Shown: one piece after another, positions 37,906 to 48,765 of the stretch
Layout of the letters: every line of letters starts with the position of its first letter
Numbering within the stretch: position 1 is the stretch's first letter
Source of the DNA: an uncultured Holosporaceae bacterium
GTDB taxonomy: Bacteria; Pseudomonadota; Alphaproteobacteria; UBA3830; CASESI01
Assembly (NCBI GenBank): GCA_949290705.1
Contig: CASESI010000001.1
Span: 37,783 to 101,782, forward strand
Length of the DNA: 64,000 nt
Direction of reading: 5' to 3'
Position numbers and translations under genes: made by a program
Notes under the pieces: generated by a model
Databases searched by the model: none
Told to the model about the DNA's origin: nothing
What the model saw: the letters and a program-made list of their open reading frames with translations, nothing else

Positions 37906-39933
37906 ATGTCTGAAAGTATGTTTATCACGTCTCGAACTCTGCCGTTAAATATTGTCAAAAGAGATGGCGCGAAAATTAATTTTGATATTAGTAAAATTAC
38001 GTATGCCATTGAACGTGCAGGTGAAGATACTGGAGAGTTTGGACATGAAGAGGCAAAACTTTTGACATATCAGGTTTTAAAAGTTCTTGAACATAGGTTT
38101 GAAAAACTTGAGCCAACTGTTGAGCAGATTCAGGATGTTGTTGAGCAAGTGTTGATTTCATCAAATCATTTCAACACAGCGAAGTCTTACATTATATATC
38201 GTGAAAATCGTGCAAAGTTACGTGAAGCTCGTCATGCTATGGTTGATGTTATAGCATCGATTGATGAGTATTTAAACAGGCTGGATTGGAGAATTAATGC
38301 AAATGCCAATCAAGGATATTCTCTCGGTGGTTTGATACTTAATATGTCAGGTAAGATGATTGCAAATTACTGGTTGTCTAATATATACCCAGCAAAAATT
38401 GGGAATGCTCACAGGAATGCTGACCTTTACATCCATGATTTGGATATGCTCTCTGGGTATTGTGCTGGATGGTCTTTAAAGATGTTACTTCTGGAAGGAT
38501 TTAACGGTGTGAATGGTAAGGTTGAATCGTCTCCTCCTAAGCATTTTGGTACGGCACTTGGTCAGATGGTGAATTTCCTTGGTACTTTGCAGAATGAATG
38601 GGCAGGTGCACAAGCATTTAGCTCTTTTGATACATATCTTGCTCCATTCGTGAAAAATGATGGATTGTCTTATGAAGAAATAAAACAAGAGATTCAGTCA
38701 TTCATTTATAATCTGAATGTTCCGTCAAGATGGGGAACCCAGACTCCTTTCACTAACTTGACGTTCGATTTGGTTTGTCCTGAAGATTTAAGGGAAGAGC
38801 ATCCTGTGATTGCTGGGGAAGAAATGCCGTTTGCGTACGGTGAATTGCAGAAAGAAATGGATATGATCAATCGAGCATATATCGAGAATATGCTTCAAGG
38901 TGATAAAAGTGGGAGGGTATTTACGTTCCCTATTCCAACTTATAACATCACGAAGGATTTTGATTGGGATTCTGACTTAACGAACTTATTGTTCGAGATG
39001 ACGGCGAAGTATGGACTGCCATATTTCCAGAATTTTATTAATTCAGAGCTTTCTCCGAAAATGATAAGGTCAATGTGTTGCCGTTTGCAATTGGATTTGA
39101 GGGATCTTTTAAAGAGGGGAAACGGTCTTTTCGGATCGGCTGAACAAACTGGATCGATAGGTGTTGTGACGATTAATTGTGCAAGGCTTGGGTATCTTTA
39201 TAAAGGAAATGAACAAGCTTTACTTGAACGATTGGATTATTTGCTAACACTTGCAAAGCAAAGTTTGGAGTTGAAACGTAAGACTATTCAGAATTATATG
39301 GATAATGGTTTGTATCCTTATACGAAGCGTTATTTGGGAACTTTACGAAATCATTTCTCAACGATAGGGGTGAACGGTATGAACGAGATGGTTCGTAATT
39401 TTTATTCTGATGAATGTGATTTAACATCAGAAGAAGGTCAGAAGTTTGCACTTAATGTGCTTGATTTTATTCGTGCAAAACTTGTTAAGTTTCAGGAAGA
39501 AACAGGTCATATGTATAACCTTGAAGCAACTCCTGCTGAGGGGGCAACTTATAGGTTGGCGAAAGAGGACAAGAAGAGGTATCCTGATATAATACAGGCT
39601 GGCACTGAAGATGCTCCATACTATACCAATTCGTCTCAGTTACCTGTTGGGTATACGGATGATTGTTTTGATGCTTTATGTAAACAGGAAGCATTACAGA
39701 TGAAATACACTGGTGGAACGGTTTTTCACATATACATGAGTGAAAGTTTTGGCGATCCTATGATGTGTAAAAAGTTGGTATGGAAAGTGTTAGAGAATTT
39801 TAGGTTGCCATATATCACGATTACTCCTACTTTTTCAATTTGCCCTAAGCACGGATATTTGAAAGGTGAACATAAATTCTGCCCAATTTGTGATGCAGAG
39901 ATTATGAATAAGAAGAGATGTTCTTGTAAGTAA
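37906..39933 (+). CDS. nrdD: Anaerobic ribonucleoside-triphosphate reductase (class III, NrdD), large piece lacking the glycyl-radical loop
   Basis: ATP-cone (IVKRDGAKINFDISKITYAIERA), NrdD core (SMCCRLQLD, GSIGVVTINC, YNLEATPAEG, YYTNSSQLPV) and zinc ribbon CPKH...CPIC. Preceded by a strong AGGAGG Shine-Dalgarno site. Ends at a TAA 13 codons after the ribbon. Confidence 0.9.
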   Translation: MSESMFITSRTLPLNIVKRDGAKINFDISKITYAIERAGEDTGEFGHEEAKLLTYQVLKVLEHRFEKLEPTVEQIQDVVEQVLISSNHFNTAKSYIIYRENRAKLREARHAMVDVIASIDEYLNRLDWRINANANQGYSLGGLILNMSGKMIANYWLSNIYPAKIGNAHRNADLYIHDLDMLSGYCAGWSLKMLLLEGFNGVNGKVESSPPKHFGTALGQMVNFLGTLQNEWAGAQAFSSFDTYLAPFVKNDGLSYEEIKQEIQSFIYNLNVPSRWGTQTPFTNLTFDLVCPEDLREEHPVIAGEEMPFAYGELQKEMDMINRAYIENMLQGDKSGRVFTFPIPTYNITKDFDWDSDLTNLLFEMTAKYGLPYFQNFINSELSPKMIRSMCCRLQLDLRDLLKRGNGLFGSAEQTGSIGVVTINCARLGYLYKGNEQALLERLDYLLTLAKQSLELKRKTIQNYMDNGLYPYTKRYLGTLRNHFSTIGVNGMNEMVRNFYSDECDLTSEEGQKFALNVLDFIRAKLVKFQEETGHMYNLEATPAEGATYRLAKEDKKRYPDIIQAGTEDAPYYTNSSQLPVGYTDDCFDALCKQEALQMKYTGGTVFHIYMSESFGDPMMCKKLVWKVLENFRLPYITITPTFSICPKHGYLKGEHKFCPICDAEIMNKKRCSCK

Positions 39934-39963
39934 GATTTTAGAGTTTTTATACTGAGGTGTAAA
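39931..39963 (+). other. In-frame TAA (39931-39933), 10 sense codons, and a GAGGTG Shine-Dalgarno-like site (39954-39959) separating the two nrdD pieces
   Basis: 37906 and 39964 are both 1 mod 3, so the pieces share a frame. The only stop between them is the TAA, and the ATG at 39964 lies 4 nt after GAGGTG. Confidence 0.9.
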
Positions 39964-40203
39964 ATGTTGAAAGAAAAAGATAATAATGTAAAAAATGCAG
40001 TAAATGATACTGAAATCGCGTTGACTGATGCTGAGCGTCAGCCTTGTGAGATATGGACGAGAGTTATGGGATACCATAGAAGTGTAAGTTCATTTAATAA
40101 AGGAAAGAAGAGTGAATTCGCAGAGAGAGTTTGTTTTGATAATATCTCTGGTTGTGACACATGTCGTACACAACAAAATGACGATAATACTAAATGTGCT
40201 TAA
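39964..40203 (+). CDS. NrdD C-terminal glycyl-radical domain encoded as a separate 79-aa ORF
   Basis: CEIWTRVMGYHRSVSSFNKGKKSEFAERV matches the class III RNR glycyl-radical signature (RxxGY...NxGKxxE). The Gly codon is at 40069-40071. Confidence 0.8.
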   Translation: MLKEKDNNVKNAVNDTEIALTDAERQPCEIWTRVMGYHRSVSSFNKGKKSEFAERVCFDNISGCDTCRTQQNDDNTKCA

Positions 40204-40231
40204 ATCAAAAATTTCTCTTTTTCCTTTTTTG

Positions 40232-40260
40232 TTTTCAATAGTTTTGTAGAATGTTATAAT
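40232..40260 (+). promoter_or_regulatory. Extended -10 promoter (TTTTCA-17-TGtTATAAT) upstream of frr
   Basis: TATAAT at 40255-40260 is preceded by TG at 40252-40253. The frr ATG lies 27 nt downstream. Confidence 0.35.
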
Positions 40261-40287
40261 GAGATTGTTGTTGTTGAGTAATTATTT

Positions 40288-40845
40288 ATGATATCTGAAG
40301 TTTTATCTAATGTTAAGGGTTCTATGGACGCTTCTATACAGTCTTTCAAGAAGGATCTTAATGGAATTAGAACGGGAAGAGCTAGTCCTACTTTGTTGGA
40401 TAGTGTTGTTGTAGATTCTTATGGACAAAAAATGCCATTGAAAAATGTTGCAAATATTTCTGTTCCAGAGCCAAAAATGATAATTGTCCAAGTTTGGGAT
40501 CGTGATGCAATGAAAAATGCTGCAAAAGCAATATCTGATTCTGGTTTGGGATTGAATCCTATTGTTGAAGGACAAACGATAAGGATAATTTTACCTGATT
40601 TGACAGAGGAACGTCGTCGTGAACTTATAAAAGTTGTTGGTAAACATGCTGAAAAGACTAGAGTTAGTATTAGGAACATAAGAAGAGATGGAATTGATGA
40701 ATTAAAAAAGTTAGAGAAATCAAAAGAAATTTCTGAAGATGAAACAAAAAAATATTCTAATGAAATTCAGAAAATAACAGATGATTTTAATAAAACAGTT
40801 GATAAAATTGTTGAAGAAAAAGAAAAAGAATTAATGAAAATATAA
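40288..40845 (+). CDS. frr: Ribosome recycling factor
   Basis: 185 aa. Motifs IRTGRASPTLLD, IRIILPDLTEERRRELIK and RVSIRNIRRD. Confidence 0.97.
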   Translation: MISEVLSNVKGSMDASIQSFKKDLNGIRTGRASPTLLDSVVVDSYGQKMPLKNVANISVPEPKMIIVQVWDRDAMKNAAKAISDSGLGLNPIVEGQTIRIILPDLTEERRRELIKVVGKHAEKTRVSIRNIRRDGIDELKKLEKSKEISEDETKKYSNEIQKITDDFNKTVDKIVEEKEKELMKI

Positions 40846-40980
40846 AATTATAGTCAAATACTTTTTTTGTTTTTTATCCGTACATACGTTTGGTTTATAT
40901 TACAGTAAAAAAAATTGCCATTTTAATAAAAAATTTAACATTGGAATGTATAATATTGTTATCTTAAGAGGTAACAGATT

Positions 40981-42255
40981 ATGAAAAAAATTATATATTC
41001 TTTAGGTGTTGTGTCATGTATTTATGTAGCGCATGCATCAGAAAATTCTTTAAATGCCAGTGAAAATATTAATGAACCAGTTGCAATTGTGCAAGATGAT
41101 ACGATAGAAATAGCAAAGAAACGTAGTTCGAAAATTTTTGAGATTGATGAAAGAAAAATAGTAAAACCAATTGGTAATGAAATAATGTGCCTGTCCATTG
41201 ATGGAGGTGGTATAAGGGGAATCATTCCGGCAGTTTTGATTGCTGCATTGGAGGAAATGATTACTGAGAAGATGAATGACGGAGCAGAGCATTATATTGC
41301 TGATTATGTTGATTGTATTTCTGGGATTTCTGTTGGTGGAATTATCGCTACATTAATATCTGTCACAGATGATCAAAACTATTCATATTATTCAGGATCA
41401 GATATATACCATTTATTACGTGATAATGGAACAGATATTTTTAAAAGGAATATGTTTTCGTGTTTTGGGTTATTAAGGCCTCTATATACAAATACTAATT
41501 TGATAAAAATGGCAAAGAAAAAATTGTCAGATGTGATGAAGGATGAAGGTGATTATCCAAAATTAAGTGATATTAAAAAGGTAAATTTTATTGGACTTGC
41601 TGTTGATATAGCAAATGAAAAAACAGTCCTATATAAAAATTGGAAAGCTGCAGAAGATCCAAAATACGATTATTATTTGCATGATGTTGCTGTTTCAACC
41701 TCTTCTGCCCCATATTATTTTCCATCATATTATGTAGAAAATGTTAATGGAGAGGCAAAGCATAGGATGTGTGATGGAGGAATGTGTTTGAATAACCCAT
41801 CTCAAATTGTGTACAATTCCATGCACAAATTTTTTCCTGAAAAAAAGATCAATATATTTTCTATAGGAACAGGTGCGAGTGAAAGAGGGATTATTCCAGA
41901 TTATAATAAGGGAAACGGAAGTATACTATTTTGGGCAGGAGATATCATAAATACATTCATGTGGTCGGATGCAAACAATATAGACTATGCATTAAAGAAT
42001 GATTCTTATAATGTTAATTATGAGCGTTTGCAAACTCCATTGTTATTGGCATCAAGTGCTATGGATAATACAAATAGCGAAAATATATTACATTTAAAGC
42101 AAGATGCGTTGTCTTATTTGGATTCAAATTTTGAAAAATTTGAAAAAATAGCTAATTTGCTTATTGTCAATAAGGACCCAAATAAGAAAATATCACAGAT
42201 TGATAAAAGTAATATAATGAAGGTTTTAGAGCATGATTTAAATAGAAATCTATAA
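40981..42255 (+). CDS. Patatin-like phospholipase with Sec signal peptide
   Basis: Signal peptide MKKIIYSLGVVSCIYVAHA|SE. Oxyanion DGGGIRG, nucleophile elbow GISVGG (GxSxG), and catalytic Asp in CDGGMCLNNP. Confidence 0.85.
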   Translation: MKKIIYSLGVVSCIYVAHASENSLNASENINEPVAIVQDDTIEIAKKRSSKIFEIDERKIVKPIGNEIMCLSIDGGGIRGIIPAVLIAALEEMITEKMNDGAEHYIADYVDCISGISVGGIIATLISVTDDQNYSYYSGSDIYHLLRDNGTDIFKRNMFSCFGLLRPLYTNTNLIKMAKKKLSDVMKDEGDYPKLSDIKKVNFIGLAVDIANEKTVLYKNWKAAEDPKYDYYLHDVAVSTSSAPYYFPSYYVENVNGEAKHRMCDGGMCLNNPSQIVYNSMHKFFPEKKINIFSIGTGASERGIIPDYNKGNGSILFWAGDIINTFMWSDANNIDYALKNDSYNVNYERLQTPLLLASSAMDNTNSENILHLKQDALSYLDSNFEKFEKIANLLIVNKDPNKKISQIDKSNIMKVLEHDLNRNL

Positions 42256-42325
42256 TTATTTTTGTCAAATTAACACTTTTTTAACTTTTTTGTTTTATTA
42301 TATAAGGTAATAGAGGAAAAATAAA

Positions 42326-43552
42326 ATGTTGTATCAATTATATAATTTAAAGAAAACTTTTTTACATCCTATTTTGCGTTTTTTTCAAAAACAGGCTCCT
42401 ATTTTTGAAAATACATTTAAAGATCCTTTAATAGGTAGAAATATCGCTGGACTTTGCGATATTTTGGCAAGGGTTAACCATGATATAAAAAAACCTGATT
42501 ATAGGATCAATGAAACGATTGTGAATGGTGAAACTGTTCCTGTCGAAGAAGAGGTGATTTTGGATTATCCATTCGCAAAATTGCTGCATTTCAAGAAAGC
42601 TAAAAAATTAAATCAACCAAAAGTTTTAATTGTTGCTCCTATATCTGGTCATTATGCTTCTTTGCTTAGAGATACAGTAAGGACAATGCTTCCAGATATG
42701 GATACATATATCACTGATTGGAAAAATGCTAGGGACGTGCCACTCTCAGATGGATATTTTTCAGTAGAATTAAATACAGGATACTTAATTGATTTCTTAC
42801 AAAAAATTGGTCCAGGTACGCATATGATGGCTGTATGCCAACCTGTTGTACAAGTTGCAGCTGCAACATCTATTATGAATGCTCACAAAGATAAATGTGC
42901 TCCTGCAACAATTACACTTATGGGTGGACCACTTGATCCAAGAGTTAAAAAAACAGAAGTAAATAAACTTGCTGAAAGGTATTCATTGGATCGGTTTAAG
43001 CAGACTATGCTTTATAAAGTGCCAGATGAGTATAAAGGTGCTGGAAGATTGGTTTACCCTGGTGTATTACAATTAACTGCGTTTATCATGATGAATCCTG
43101 ATAAGCATTTTATGAAGTTTGTGAAGTATCATACGGATTACATTAAAAATGATCAAGCTGCCATGAAAAAGCATAACGAATTCTATGATGAATATTTAAC
43201 TGTTATGGATATGGATGCTCCTTGGTTTGTTGAAACAATAGATGAAGTGTTCCAGAGATATGTATTTCCAAAGGGTGAGATGCTGTACAAGGGTGAGACA
43301 GTGGATCCATTAAAGGTTACAAAAACTGCATTGATGACAGTTGAAGGTGAGAAAGACGATATTTCTGCTCCTGGCCAGTCTTATGCGGCGCATGATATAT
43401 TTAAAAATATTCCGCAAAATATGCAAGAACATCACTTACAACCTGGTGTTGGTCATTATGGCGTATTTTCTGGAAGTAAGTGGAGGACGTTCATTGCTCC
43501 AAAAGTTAAAAACTTTATGTTAAAGCACAATAAACCTATAATTTGGAATTAA
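42326..43552 (+). CDS. phaZ: Intracellular polyhydroxyalkanoate (PHB) depolymerase PhaZ family
   Basis: LIVAPISGHYASLLRDTVRTMLPDMDTYITDWKNARDVPLSDGYF...MAVCQPVVQVAAATSIM closely follows the alphaproteobacterial PhaZ pattern I recall. Confidence 0.8.
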   Translation: MLYQLYNLKKTFLHPILRFFQKQAPIFENTFKDPLIGRNIAGLCDILARVNHDIKKPDYRINETIVNGETVPVEEEVILDYPFAKLLHFKKAKKLNQPKVLIVAPISGHYASLLRDTVRTMLPDMDTYITDWKNARDVPLSDGYFSVELNTGYLIDFLQKIGPGTHMMAVCQPVVQVAAATSIMNAHKDKCAPATITLMGGPLDPRVKKTEVNKLAERYSLDRFKQTMLYKVPDEYKGAGRLVYPGVLQLTAFIMMNPDKHFMKFVKYHTDYIKNDQAAMKKHNEFYDEYLTVMDMDAPWFVETIDEVFQRYVFPKGEMLYKGETVDPLKVTKTALMTVEGEKDDISAPGQSYAAHDIFKNIPQNMQEHHLQPGVGHYGVFSGSKWRTFIAPKVKNFMLKHNKPIIWN

Positions 43553-43598
43553 AATTTTATTTATTTTTTTTAGTATTCGTGATAGATTGGAAACACAT

Positions 43599-43672
43599 GC
43601 GCCTGTAGCTCAATTGGATAGAGCATCGCTTTCCGGGGGCGGAGGTTACAGGTTCGAGTCCTGTTAGGCGCG
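43599..43672 (+). tRNA. tRNA-Arg (anticodon CCG)
   Basis: Hand-folded cloverleaf: acceptor GCGCCTG/TAGGCGC, D arm GCTC-AATTGGATA-GAGC, anticodon arm TCGCT-TTCCGGG-GGCGG, T arm ACAGG-TTCGAGT-CCTGT. No encoded CCA. Confidence 0.9.
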
Positions 43673-43677
43673 CTTTT

Positions 43678-45738
<2,061 letters not shown>

Positions 45739-45811
45739 TTATAAGATACCACAATTCGTATTTAGAATCATTTATGTTGATAATTCTTTGTGATTATTTT
45801 AGTATTATGCT

Positions 45812-47275
45812 ATGACAGAAGATTTTATTTATTTATCGTTATCTGAATTAATTGATGGTTTTAAAACAAAGCAATTTTCAGTGTCAGAAGTCGTGAAATC
45901 GCTTATCAATCGTTGTGAAAAATTTAAACCACTGAATGTGTATATTACAGAATGTTTCGAGAACGCTCTGAAGAAAGCGGCAGATTCGGATCAAAGATAT
46001 GCAAATGGAAATAATTTGCCTCTTGACGGTGCACCGCTTGGGATCAAGGATTTGTTTTGTACAAAGGATATATTAACAACCTCAGGTTCCCATATTTTAT
46101 ACAATTTTGTCCCACCTTATGAATCAACGGTTACTTCAAATTTGTTGAATAATGGTGCTATATTTGTTGGAAAGACGAATATGGATGAGTTTGCAATGGG
46201 ATCAAGTAATAAGACGAGTTATTTTGGTCCTGTCATTAACCCATGGAAATCCAAAAACAGCGATAAAGACCTGGTGCCAGGTGGTTCTTCTGGTGGTTCT
46301 GCGTCTGCTGTAGCTGCCCATTTGTGTTATGGTGCATTGGGATCTGATACTGGCGGATCTGTAAGGCAACCTGCGTCATTTTGCGGAATAGTAGGACTTA
46401 AGCCTACTTACGGAAGATGTTCAAGGTATGGGATGATTGCATTTGCTTCATCATTGGATCAGGCTGGTACTATGACAAAGACCGTAGAAGATTCTGCGAT
46501 TTTGCTCAAAGCGATTGCTGGATATGATGATCGTGATGCAACAAGTTCTAAAGAGGCTGTTCCTGATTATGCATCATTCATAGGAAAAAGTTTGAAAGGA
46601 TTAAGGATCGGAATCCCAGCTGAATATAAAGAAAAAGTTGCCTCTAAAGATATAGAAATGCTTTGGGAGCGTGGCATTAATGTATTGCGAGAAGCAGGTT
46701 GTGAAATAAAGGAGGTTTCATTACCTCATACCAAATATGCATTACCAGCTTACTATATCATTGCTCCAGCTGAAGCATCTTCGAATTTGGCAAGGTTTGA
46801 TGGTATACGTTTTGGGTACCAAGGTGAAGGTGAAACATTACAGGAGATTTACGAAAATAGCAGAGATGTTTTTGGAAAGGAAGTGAGAAGAAGAATAATG
46901 ATAGGAACATATGTTCTTTCATCTGGACATTTTGACGATCATTATATTAAGGCTAAGAAGATACAGAGATTGATTTTGAATGACTTTTTAAATGCTTACA
47001 ATGATGTTGACGCTATTTTGACACCTACTGCCCCAAGTGGAGCGTTTGCAATTGATGAAGAGATTACTGATCCTGTTCAAATGTATTTAAACGATGTATT
47101 TACTGTGACTGTGAATTTGGCCGGTATTCCTGCTATTTCCGTGCCTTTTGGATATACAAATGATGGATTGCCTCTTGGGTTACAGGTGATATCAAAGCAT
47201 TTTAGAGAGGATTTGTTATTCCAAATTGGTGCAAAACTAGAGAGTGATAGTGGTTTTAAAAGTTGGAAGGAGTAA
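45812..47275 (+). CDS. gatA: Glu/Asp-tRNA amidotransferase subunit A
   Basis: Amidase signature GGSSGGSASAVAA...GSDTGGSVRQPASFCG. Confidence 0.97.
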   Translation: MTEDFIYLSLSELIDGFKTKQFSVSEVVKSLINRCEKFKPLNVYITECFENALKKAADSDQRYANGNNLPLDGAPLGIKDLFCTKDILTTSGSHILYNFVPPYESTVTSNLLNNGAIFVGKTNMDEFAMGSSNKTSYFGPVINPWKSKNSDKDLVPGGSSGGSASAVAAHLCYGALGSDTGGSVRQPASFCGIVGLKPTYGRCSRYGMIAFASSLDQAGTMTKTVEDSAILLKAIAGYDDRDATSSKEAVPDYASFIGKSLKGLRIGIPAEYKEKVASKDIEMLWERGINVLREAGCEIKEVSLPHTKYALPAYYIIAPAEASSNLARFDGIRFGYQGEGETLQEIYENSRDVFGKEVRRRIMIGTYVLSSGHFDDHYIKAKKIQRLILNDFLNAYNDVDAILTPTAPSGAFAIDEEITDPVQMYLNDVFTVTVNLAGIPAISVPFGYTNDGLPLGLQVISKHFREDLLFQIGAKLESDSGFKSWKE

Positions 47276-47280
47276 GATAA

Positions 47281-48759
47281 ATGAGCTATTTATTAAAAGA
47301 TTGGGAAGTTGTAATAGGTATGGAAGTACATGCGCAGATTATTACAAAAACTAAATTGTTTTCATCTGCTCCATCCAGTTTCGGTGAAGAACCAAATGAA
47401 AATGTTGCATTTATAGATGCTGGATTTCCTGGGATGTTACCTTCTCTGAATGAACATGCAATCGACCAAGCAATTAGAACCGGACTTGGCATTTCTGGGC
47501 ATATTAACCTTAATTCTTATTTTGATAGAAAAAATTATTTTTACCCAGACTTGCCTCAAGGATACCAAATTTCTCAATTTTTCATTCCATTAGTTTCTGA
47601 TGGATATATAGATATAGAATCGAAAAATGTGCAGAAAAAGAGGATAAGAATTGAAAGGATTCATGTAGAGCAAGATGCTGGAAAGAATATACATGATAAG
47701 GATCCATATTATTCTCTTGTCGATCTGAACAGGGCAGGTGTTCCTTTGATGGAAATTGTGACGAAACCTGATATTTCATCTCCTGAGGAAGCTTGTTTAT
47801 TTTTGTCCAAGTTACGTACAATGTTAAGGTATTTAAAAACCTGTAATGGTAATATGGAGGAAGGTAGCATGCGTGCAGATATTAACGTATCTGTAAGGCG
47901 CAAAGGTGAACCTCTTGGAACAAGGGTTGAAATTAAAAATGTTAACTCTCTGAAATTTATAGCTGAGGCCATTAATTACGAGGTTGAGAGGCAAATAGAT
48001 CTTATAAATGATGGTGGAAAGGTTGTGCAAGAGACGAGGCTTTTTAATAGTATTACGTGCGAGACTAAATCGCTCCGTACGAAAGAGGATGCCCAAGATT
48101 ATAGGTATTTTACGGATCCAGACATTCCAATGTTGAAAATTACAGAGGATAGGGTTAATAAGATCAAAGATTCTATGCTAGAGTTGCCTGACCAAAAAAA
48201 GAATAGGTATATGAATGATTATGGGCTTACGGAATACGATGCATCTGTTCTTATATCAGAGCCAGAGATTGCGGGTTATTTTGAGAGTGCAATTTCTGAG
48301 TATACTGTCCTGGTAAATAATTGTGAAATTCAACAATCAGAAATAAAGCTTATTACAAATTGGATTTCGTCTGAATTGTTTGCAAAACTCAATTCTGAAC
48401 AACTTGCGATTGAACAATCCAAAATTTCTCCAAAAGCATTATCAGAGTTGGTAATGCTTATTAACACCGATGTTATTTCTGGAAAGATTGCAAAGGATGT
48501 TTTCCAAATTATGTGGGATACAGGTGATTCTGCGGTTAAAATAGTTGACGAAAAAGGTATGAGGCAGATAACTGACACTAACGCTATCGAGGAAAGTATT
48601 CGTAAAGTATTGTCAGAAAATCCAGATAAATTACAGGAATATAAATCTGGAAAAGTGAAATTGTTTGGATTCTTCGTGGGGCTTTTAATGAAAGAAACGA
48701 AGGGTAAAGCAAATCCACAAGTTTTGAATAAATTATTAAAAGAGTATATGGATAAATAA
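47281..48759 (+). CDS. gatB: Glu/Asp-tRNA amidotransferase subunit B
   Basis: Motifs WEVVIGMEVHAQ, DLNRAGVPLMEIVT and MRADINVS, with a C-terminal YqeY-like tail. Confidence 0.97.
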   Translation: MSYLLKDWEVVIGMEVHAQIITKTKLFSSAPSSFGEEPNENVAFIDAGFPGMLPSLNEHAIDQAIRTGLGISGHINLNSYFDRKNYFYPDLPQGYQISQFFIPLVSDGYIDIESKNVQKKRIRIERIHVEQDAGKNIHDKDPYYSLVDLNRAGVPLMEIVTKPDISSPEEACLFLSKLRTMLRYLKTCNGNMEEGSMRADINVSVRRKGEPLGTRVEIKNVNSLKFIAEAINYEVERQIDLINDGGKVVQETRLFNSITCETKSLRTKEDAQDYRYFTDPDIPMLKITEDRVNKIKDSMLELPDQKKNRYMNDYGLTEYDASVLISEPEIAGYFESAISEYTVLVNNCEIQQSEIKLITNWISSELFAKLNSEQLAIEQSKISPKALSELVMLINTDVISGKIAKDVFQIMWDTGDSAVKIVDEKGMRQITDTNAIEESIRKVLSENPDKLQEYKSGKVKLFGFFVGLLMKETKGKANPQVLNKLLKEYMDK

Positions 48760-48765
48760 TCCAAA

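Noticed and set aside
39931-39933. Whether the in-frame TAA in nrdD reflects a reassigned stop codon (alternative genetic code).
   Set aside because: Many other genes in the window (the MFS gene, rsmH, ftsI, dnaE, rpoB and more) end at TAA exactly where homologues end. A code change is therefore not supported.
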